Shown here: positions 25,388-32,000 of the stretch, piece by piece
How positions within the stretch are numbered: the first letter of the stretch is position 1
Layout of the letters: each line of letters opens with the position of its first letter
Origin: Promethearchaeia archaeon
GTDB lineage: Archaea > Asgardarchaeota > Lokiarchaeia > Sigyniarchaeales > SOKP01
Length of the DNA stretch: 32,000 nt
NCBI GenBank assembly: GCA_046497275.1
Contig: JAWOFX010000029.1
Location: forward strand, 12,792 to 44,791
Direction of reading: 5' to 3'
Notes under the pieces: generated by a model
Seen by the model: the letters and a program-made list of their open reading frames with translations, nothing else
Told to the model about the DNA's origin: nothing
Databases searched by the model: none
Program-made: the position numbers and the translations under genes

Positions 25388-25981
25388 ATGACAGTTAAGA
25401 ATTGTACGAATCCAATTAAGAGTCATATGGATGATTTTGTAAAAGTGATCTTCGTTTGTCCAATATGTAAAAAGAAAAAGGAAGTGGTTCTTCCGAAAAA
25501 TGCTATTAATCAGACTAAAGGACTCTCAACTCTTTCAATTCATAAAGAGTTGGTATGTGAACATACATTTCAGGCATATATTGATAAAAATTATAAGATA
25601 CGAGGATATCAAAAAGTAGATTTTGAATTGAAATCAAGGAACAACATAGAAAAACATAATACCCAAAATTTGAATGAGAATGAAAAATTGTTGAATAATT
25701 TATTAATAGAAGGAAATTATCTGGAATACCAACCAAAGAATATGAATCAAAAAATCAATAATAAAGATTTCCATACTGATAAAAATCACCATAATAAGAT
25801 TCATACTAATGAGAATATCTCAATAATGGAAGGTAATAAAAAATTATTGAAAATAAAACCAAAGAGTTTGGAAGAAATATACGAAGATTTTAAGGAATTT
25901 ATTGATGAAGAAAATGTTTACTTTAAAGTTTTTATTCAAAACGATGAAAGCAGGAATAAGGTATTTAATGCTAATTATTGA
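25388..25981 (+). CDS. Asgard-type CxxC...CxH Zn-ribbon protein with an Asn-rich linker
   Basis: CPICKKKK...VCEHTF...IRGYQKVDFE; C-terminal SLEEIYEDFKEFIDEEN. Confidence 0.75.
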   Translation: MTVKNCTNPIKSHMDDFVKVIFVCPICKKKKEVVLPKNAINQTKGLSTLSIHKELVCEHTFQAYIDKNYKIRGYQKVDFELKSRNNIEKHNTQNLNENEKLLNNLLIEGNYLEYQPKNMNQKINNKDFHTDKNHHNKIHTNENISIMEGNKKLLKIKPKSLEEIYEDFKEFIDEENVYFKVFIQNDESRNKVFNANY

Positions 25982-26089
25982 ACGGTTATGATTAAATCTT
26001 CAATCCTTTAAAGTCATTTATCGATAAAACTTTTTTAAGAATATAAATTATACTCCTTACTAAATCACCTATTTTTAAAAAATATCAAT

Positions 26090-26162
26090 GGCCCGGTTAG
26101 TATAGTGGTTAGTATTGGGGACTGTGAATCCTTAGAAGCGGGATCGATACCCGCACCGGGCC
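26090..26162 (+). tRNA. tRNA-His (GUG), intronless, with encoded G-1 and C73; CCA not encoded
   Basis: Acceptor GCCCGGT/ACCGGGC, D-loop AGTGGTTA, anticodon loop CTGTGAA (GTG at 26124-26), T-stem GCGGG/CCCGC. Confidence 0.93.
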
Positions 26163-26400
26163 CTCACCTCTAATTTGATGTAAGTTTATTTAAGTTTCTA
26201 GGTAATCATAATAAATTTGATAAACACTTTAATTATCCATTGAAAAAATGAGAGATTAAATCTAATCAAAAAAACTATCATTATTTAATTTGTATTATCG
26301 AAATAAATTATGTTTAATAGTAAATAATACATAAATGGAAAATTAAAATCAAATATAATATTAGTTTTGATTAATTTAGTTCTATAATATAATAAAGCCT

Positions 26401-26865
26401 ATGTTTATAATGCTTGATTTAGAAAAGGATAAGCTTAGAGATATCCCAGGATGGGAGAAAAATGCCCCCGTACCTATCTGTATGGGAGGGGATTATAGAG
26501 CACTAACATTTTGTTGCAAGCCTGGCTATTCACTCACTTTTGGATTTAAATGTAAAAGAGATAAGGCTCTGTCTGAATTGGGTCTTACACATGAAAAATT
26601 TATTGAAATTAAAGAAAAATTTTCTAAAGAACATGATTGGAATTCTGATATCGTATGTTTTGGATCGATGTCTTACTGTTGTATGAGGCGTGGAGGATGT
26701 CCCAGAAGAGATACCGCTTTAAAAAACCGTTATCCAGAAATGGGAGAAAGAGAAAGATTAAAACACTATTTTGAGAAAAAAAAGGAATTAGCAAAAAGAA
26801 TCTTAAGAAATGTGAAAGATCCTAAAGGTAAAGAAAAAATCAAGCCATTATTAAAATATTGCTAA
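26401..26865 (+). CDS. Methanogenesis marker 9 C-terminal-domain-like Cys-rich protein
   Basis: W.NAP.PIC.GGD.RAL.FCC...CFGS..YCC.....C..RD pattern. The start may be the ATG at 26410. Confidence 0.7.
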   Translation: MFIMLDLEKDKLRDIPGWEKNAPVPICMGGDYRALTFCCKPGYSLTFGFKCKRDKALSELGLTHEKFIEIKEKFSKEHDWNSDIVCFGSMSYCCMRRGGCPRRDTALKNRYPEMGERERLKHYFEKKKELAKRILRNVKDPKGKEKIKPLLKYC

Positions 26866-26914
26866 TAAGTTTCTCAATTAATCTTGTGATTCAATAAATT
26901 AATAATTTTTAACT

Positions 26915-27862
26915 ATGATTGTTTCCATAACTCATGAAGTTGATCTTGATGGATTAGGATCCCAAGCAATCATTAAAAGATATTATGAAAAAAAGTTGGG
27001 AATAGTTCCTGAAGAGATTTCCCTTTATTATGCTCATTATACTAATTTTAAAAAGAGAATAAATGAGATTTTCTATAATTTTATACCTGAAAGTCTTATC
27101 ATAACAGATATTGGATTTAATAAGGATTATAAGGAAATATTTCCTCTATTTAAAAAATTGATAAACAAAAATTGTAAAATTTATTGGTTTGATCATCATC
27201 TTATCGATATAGCGTTTGCAGAAGAATTGATTCATACAATTGAACTTTATTATAATGATTTTCAGAAATGTTCGGCGGAAATTGTTAAAGATTTTTACCT
27301 TCCAGAAGATCAAATTGCCAAAGAAATTGCGCAATTCGCACATGAAACCGATTTTGGGATAAATCAATCTAAAAAAGCAATCGAACTACAATCAATTATT
27401 TCATTTAATAGAGGAAAGAAAAATGATCAAAATAAAAAAAAAATTGTTAAGTTATTATCTAATGGAGAATATGAGAATAAATGGTTTTCAGAAGAATTAA
27501 GAAAATCAGAAAAATGGCAAAAAAGTGAACAAAAAAGAATTGAAAAGAATATCCAATTGATTGAAATAAACAATTTTGGAGAATTAATTCTTTCTTATGC
27601 TAAAATGAGTGCGGGTTCGATAGCAAAGTATCTAAAACAATATTATCCAGATAAAAATGGATATCTAGGAATTGACCAGCGATATGATGAACTTGTATTA
27701 TACAGCACCAAGGTAAATTGCAGAAATATTGCTGTGAAATTTGATGGAGGCGGACATAAAAATAGAGCAGGATTTAAATTTGATAAGATTTCGATTGATA
27801 CTAATATAAAAAAACAGTTTTTGGAAATTTTAATTTCAGAAATTAAAAATAATTTGATATAA
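26915..27862 (+). CDS. DHH/DHHA1 phosphoesterase (nanoRNase-like)
   Basis: HEVDLDG, ITDIG, FDHH, GGGHKNRAG. Confidence 0.9.
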   Translation: MIVSITHEVDLDGLGSQAIIKRYYEKKLGIVPEEISLYYAHYTNFKKRINEIFYNFIPESLIITDIGFNKDYKEIFPLFKKLINKNCKIYWFDHHLIDIAFAEELIHTIELYYNDFQKCSAEIVKDFYLPEDQIAKEIAQFAHETDFGINQSKKAIELQSIISFNRGKKNDQNKKKIVKLLSNGEYENKWFSEELRKSEKWQKSEQKRIEKNIQLIEINNFGELILSYAKMSAGSIAKYLKQYYPDKNGYLGIDQRYDELVLYSTKVNCRNIAVKFDGGGHKNRAGFKFDKISIDTNIKKQFLEILISEIKNNLI

Positions 27863-28084
27863 AATTTTCCCATAATCAAAAAATTTTTCTTTTTAGTCGG
27901 TGGATCTGTTAAACCCTTAACATCTAACTTTATTTAATTATAAAAAAAACTCTAAATGAGATTTATCTTATCTAATTAAGAGAAAATAGTCATTTTATTA
28001 ATAGGAAAAAAAGGAAAATCTTTTATTATATAAAATAAATAAAAAAATAAGAAAAACCCAAAATACTGTTTAAATGGTGTTATA

Positions 28085-28240
28085 ATGTTATTAGAAATGG
28101 TTCAAAACCACCTTTATCGTGATGATATTTATATTAATCATGTAATTGTTCCACACGATAAGGTAAAGGAACACGATAAACTTATGATCAAAAGAGTATT
28201 GCGAAAAGAATTAAGTTTAGCTGAGTTAGTTGCTCAGTAA
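28085..28240 (+). CDS. Putative 51-aa small protein
   Basis: MLLEMVQNHLYRDDIYINHVIVPHDKVKEHDKLMIKRVLRKELSLAELVAQ*. GGTG about 5 nt upstream; less AT-rich than its flanks; T-rich tract after the stop. Confidence 0.5.
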   Translation: MLLEMVQNHLYRDDIYINHVIVPHDKVKEHDKLMIKRVLRKELSLAELVAQ

Positions 28241-28314
28241 TTTGATTTATAATTTTTTGATTTAAAATTTAGAAAAAGTGCTTCTTCTTAAAAAAAGAAA
28301 AAAAATTATATAAA

Positions 28315-29340
28315 TTATTTTACATTTGGATTTATTTTTGTAAAGATCCAGGGTACCACAAGCGTTAAAATCAGCGCGATAATTGCATATCTAAAGTATC
28401 TATATATTACTGAATTAAATATATCTTTGAGAAATTCTAGGCCGAAATAAATGGCAAATACGATAACTAACCCAATAATTAAGTTAATTATTTTGTATTT
28501 TTTCTCAAGCCTAGAGGGTTGATAATCCACATATTCATTTTCTAATACATAGCCGATTGATAAACCTAAAACAACACCACCAACTTGTGCATATGCACCA
28601 GTATCAGCATATGGTATTGGACTAGGTAGTAATTGTTCTCCAGAGGTTGGGAATAAGAGAGTTCCAAAAATAAATAATACAAGTGACACCACCACACCCA
28701 AAAGAATTTTATTGAGCATTTTTAGAGAATTTATCTTTTCCGAAATAATTGGTTCGATATAAATAAAAGCGAGTAATATCCCTATTCCCAAAATTAACCC
28801 TCCCGTTACATCTTGAACATCATGAACCCCCAATATTAATCTTGAGAGGACTACTAAAAAGATCACCCCAGATAGAATAACAGGTACCACTTTAGGTTTT
28901 GGTTTTTCTTTGAATTGATATCCAATATAACCCCAGAAGGTTGAGGATCCTTGAGAATGTCCGGAAGGAAAACCATATCCAGTTTCTTTTAATCCTCCAG
29001 GTATCACATTCTCAGCAGGTCTTGGATCCATAAAAATATCCTTTAGAAAGCTGTTGATTGAAACAGTTGTTAAAAGTGCAAAAGTTAAATTCTTAGCATA
29101 TCTTTTATCATAGATTATATAAATTATTGCGATAATGACTATGAAAACTATAGTATCTCCAAAATATGTAATCACATTAAAGATAGATTGAACAATGTTG
29201 TTATCAATATATAGTGCATCGATATATTTCACGAGACCTAATCCTATAATAGCGGTAACTATTATAATCAATACCATTATTATTAAAGTCTTATATGATA
29301 TCCGATCTTCAAAATTATATTCTGACATTTCATTTACCAT
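28315..29340 (-). CDS. PAP2 family membrane phosphatase
   Basis: KDIFMDPRP, FPSGH, SRLILGVH. Confidence 0.92.
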   Translation of the reverse strand: MVNEMSEYNFEDRISYKTLIIMVLIIIVTAIIGLGLVKYIDALYIDNNIVQSIFNVITYFGDTIVFIVIIAIIYIIYDKRYAKNLTFALLTTVSINSFLKDIFMDPRPAENVIPGGLKETGYGFPSGHSQGSSTFWGYIGYQFKEKPKPKVVPVILSGVIFLVVLSRLILGVHDVQDVTGGLILGIGILLAFIYIEPIISEKINSLKMLNKILLGVVVSLVLFIFGTLLFPTSGEQLLPSPIPYADTGAYAQVGGVVLGLSIGYVLENEYVDYQPSRLEKKYKIINLIIGLVIVFAIYFGLEFLKDIFNSVIYRYFRYAIIALILTLVVPWIFTKINPNVK

Positions 29341-29646
29341 TTTTAATTGAATATATATAGAAATGTTTTGATTTATCTCTTAATAAATATTTATGTTAAA
29401 AAATCTATAATCTTGAAACAAAGGTATTTATATAAGCATTTTCATTTTATTCAAAAATGTGTTATGTGTGAACTAAGTTTGATATGCCTAAATCTTTTCC
29501 ATCAGACTTCCCAGATAAATGGAAGATATGTTTAATCACTCTATAAAAAAATTGAAGAATTACAAATTCAAGCTGATAAAAATTGTGAAAAGAGACTTAT
29601 TGGAGTATACGATCTAAATATTGATTTAACTAGAAGAATAAAGAGT

Positions 29647-30288
29647 TTAATCAATGTCTATATTAGTATGTTTTTCATCTAATTTTTTTAATTTCACTTC
29701 TAGAATGCCATTAGCATATCGAGCTTTTGCGAAATCAGAATTTATCGCGGCTGGTAACTCTATTTCTTTATAATATTTTATACCCGAAGGTGCTTTTTTT
29801 TCCGTAGAAATTGTAATTGAATGCGTTGTAGCTTTTAATTCGATATTGTTTTTTAGAACACCTGGCATCTCTGCTATTATTATAATCTCGTCGCTTTCCT
29901 CACTGACCTCAACTAAGGGCTCCCTTGTCTCATCGATCTTAGGTCCTTCTTGTTTTTTATCTTTTATATTCCCAAATGAATCGATGATGGGTTTTCCCTC
30001 TGAATCGAAATTAATATTAAAACCTGCCATGAATGGTCCTTTCCATCCGAATTTTGATTTATTTTTCATGAACTCTTTTTGGAGATCCTCAGGGGAGAGA
30101 TTTTTCAGATCTTCAGGAAGATTTTTCATTAAATTCTGAAAAACATTCTGAAACATTTCTTTAAATTCTTTTGAATTAAAGAGTTTACTTGGATCTTGCA
30201 TTAATTTAAAGAAATCAAATGGAGCTTCAAAATTTTCCTCTTCTTCATCTTCATCCTCTTCATCATAATCATCATCTTTATCTGGCAT
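29647..30288 (-). CDS. hsp20: Archaeal small heat-shock protein Hsp20
   Basis: GF.I.FDSEGKP.I..FGNI, REPLVEV, IAEMPGV, A.Y.NGILEV alpha-crystallin domain. Confidence 0.93.
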   Translation of the reverse strand: MPDKDDDYDEEDEDEEEENFEAPFDFFKLMQDPSKLFNSKEFKEMFQNVFQNLMKNLPEDLKNLSPEDLQKEFMKNKSKFGWKGPFMAGFNINFDSEGKPIIDSFGNIKDKKQEGPKIDETREPLVEVSEESDEIIIIAEMPGVLKNNIELKATTHSITISTEKKAPSGIKYYKEIELPAAINSDFAKARYANGILEVKLKKLDEKHTNIDID

Positions 30289-30595
30289 TAGAGATCACTT
30301 TTAGCTAAAATAATTAAAATTTAGTTGTTATATATATGAATGAAATAAAACTAAAAAAATTACTACATAAAAACAAAAGAGAAATTTGTTGAAAGATTTA
30401 TTTGTTTTCCTTTAGGTTTGGGTTTCATAATCAATAGATTGTCTGTGATAATTATTTTTAATTCATAAATTTCAATATAATGATTTCTTGATTTTATATG
30501 TACGTTAGTATAACAACAGAATACTTTATAATGTAGAAAGATTGAATATTTATTATAAATTTCAAAAAAAATTAAAAAAAATTAAAGTGAGTTTA

Positions 30596-31648
30596 ATGGT
30601 AATTGAAACAAATGTAACAAAGATGTTGGGGATTAAACATCCCATTATTGCGGCACCGATGGGACCCTTTTATACTAAAGAATTAACTGTTGCGGTATCC
30701 GAAGCGGGTGGTTTAGGAGTTTTATCACATAGTTATCTCATTAGTGATATAATGGAAGGAAGAAATGGTGTGGAGATAATGAAAAGAGATATGAAATATG
30801 TGGTAGAACATACAGACAAGCCTTTTGGTTTTAATATACGAACAAATAGAAGGGAAATTGATGCGGCAGCACTTTGTAGAGAAATTCCGAAATTTATTAT
30901 GAATAACCCAAAAATAAAGGAACAATGTGTATATGCAATTACTAGCGCTGGTTCGGCTAAAACACTTCCTAAATCAAGATCCTTTCAAAAATTAAAGGAA
31001 AGTGGATCTAAAATTAAGCATTTTCATGTTGCTCCAGCTTTATGGCTTGCGGATAAGTGTGTAGAAGCAAATGTTGATGGTGTAGTTGGAACAGGTTGGG
31101 AAGGAGGAGGACATCAATCTTATGAAGAAGTGAGTACTTTAATTCTACTTCAACAAATTAGAAATAAATATCCAGATTTACCTTTAATAGCTTGTGGAGG
31201 ATTTTCTACAGGAGAAGGACTAGCTGCCGCTATAGCAATGGGTGCAGGAGCCATTGCTATGGGTTCAAGATTTATTGCGTCACATGAAAGTGAATTTCAT
31301 GAAAAATATAAAAATATTGTTCCTAACGCCACTGCTAAAGACACAATACTGGTTACTGGGGCTCTTGGTCCCATCCGATTATGGAGAAATGAATATGCTT
31401 TACACCATGATCTAGTTTCAAGCAAAGAAGAGAAACTTGCACAGGAAAAACAATATACCCAACAAGATTTAATTGATGAGGGAAAAAAATATGAAATGGC
31501 TTATAAAGGAAATGTCCAAGATGGCGCTGTACTCTTAGGTCAAAGCATTGGAACCATAGATATGCTCCAAAATGTTAAGGATATAATAGATAAAATTGTT
31601 AGTTCTAGTGAAGAATATCTTAAGAAAGCCTATAATCAAATAAAATAA
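30596..31648 (+). CDS. Nitronate monooxygenase / FabK-like FMN-dependent oxidoreductase
   Basis: LGIKHPIIAAPM, AVSEAGGLG, GWEGGGH, ACGGF, MGSRF, LGQSIG. ATG at 30596 preferred over 30542. Confidence 0.9.
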   Translation: MVIETNVTKMLGIKHPIIAAPMGPFYTKELTVAVSEAGGLGVLSHSYLISDIMEGRNGVEIMKRDMKYVVEHTDKPFGFNIRTNRREIDAAALCREIPKFIMNNPKIKEQCVYAITSAGSAKTLPKSRSFQKLKESGSKIKHFHVAPALWLADKCVEANVDGVVGTGWEGGGHQSYEEVSTLILLQQIRNKYPDLPLIACGGFSTGEGLAAAIAMGAGAIAMGSRFIASHESEFHEKYKNIVPNATAKDTILVTGALGPIRLWRNEYALHHDLVSSKEEKLAQEKQYTQQDLIDEGKKYEMAYKGNVQDGAVLLGQSIGTIDMLQNVKDIIDKIVSSSEEYLKKAYNQIK

Positions 31649-31976
31649 ATAAATTGGTATTTACCTATATACAAGACAAAATTTTTTCTATACTTATTTT
31701 TTTTATTAAAATTACAATTATTTTAAATTAATTTCTCCTTAAGAGTTATTCTTAAAGAAATTTACAAATAATATGATTATTTTTTATCTATTGGTTATAA
31801 TAATTTTCGATATTTAGAGAAAGATTTAATTAAATTTAATAGAAAGAATTTCGATATAAATACTTAAGAATTTAAAAAACCTAATAGGTTTTATTTTAAG
31901 AACTATTTTCAATAATAGTGTATTATTCCAATAAAAATATAATAAAAAATCATGTAAAAGGGAGTTTTAAAACGCC

Positions 31977-32000
31977 ATGTATGCAGACTTGAGTGATGAT
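31977..32000 (+). CDS. Possible start of the next gene (MYADLSDD...), truncated by the window edge
   Basis: ATG with GGGAG about 13 nt upstream; only 8 codons are visible. Confidence 0.3.

Noticed and set aside
26291-26377. AT-rich inverted repeats upstream of the marker 9-like gene; similar ones at 30320-30355 near hsp20
   Set aside because: Low complexity, long spacers, no recurring consensus in the window.
29347-29646. 62-aa ORF-track ORF and short frames (MPKSFPSDF..., LYKKIEELQ...) suggesting a frameshifted small gene
   Set aside because: No recognisable homology and no consistent RBS; cannot be distinguished from intergenic noise.
5225-31000. Numerous 60-120 aa ORF-track entries nested opposite larger genes (e.g. 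5225, 5627, 7070, 7685, 8112, 9240, 9630, 9888, 11464, 11803, 12728, 14425, 18517, 20803, 21032, 22864, 23434, 24380, 25515, 27146, 27643, 29846, 30725)
   Set aside because: Shadow ORFs antisense to well-supported genes, with no motifs of their own.
1-32000. CRISPR arrays, rRNA, IS elements, integrase at the tRNA
   Set aside because: No regularly spaced repeats, rRNA-like GC-rich block, transposase or integrase ORF, and no duplicated tRNA 3' end seen.

Overview
AT-rich window (GC about 30% or lower, judged by eye) that looks like an Asgard archaeon of the Lokiarchaeia/Promethearchaeota. This assignment is an inference from IPGY[DE]-TM-basic C-terminal tails, CxxC...CxH 'RGY[EQ]K[IV]D' Zn-ribbon paralogues and a RII-type RHH protein. 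It carries about 31 protein genes, including four the ORF track missed (truncated AIM24 family, a 43-aa CTERM-only peptide, rubredoxin, a 51-aa ORF), plus one intronless tRNA-His(GUG). No mobile elements or CRISPR arrays were seen. The first 10.5 kb is an envelope/export cluster: two ABC exporters, one permease fused to a CPBP intramembrane protease, a repeat-rich surface glycoprotein with a Loki-CTERM-like tail, and the CTERM-only peptide. The rest is mixed redox, lipid and housekeeping genes. The best candidate for novel biology is a 30-nt insertion (17739-17768) in an lsrF-family gene. It contains an in-frame stop, folds into a near-canonical bulge-helix-bulge (BHB) splicing motif, and its removal at the predicted cut sites restores the conserved IAGGKKxPE motif. 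This suggests a tRNA-endonuclease-type mRNA intron in an Asgard metabolic gene. All family calls come from motif recognition; no database searches were run.
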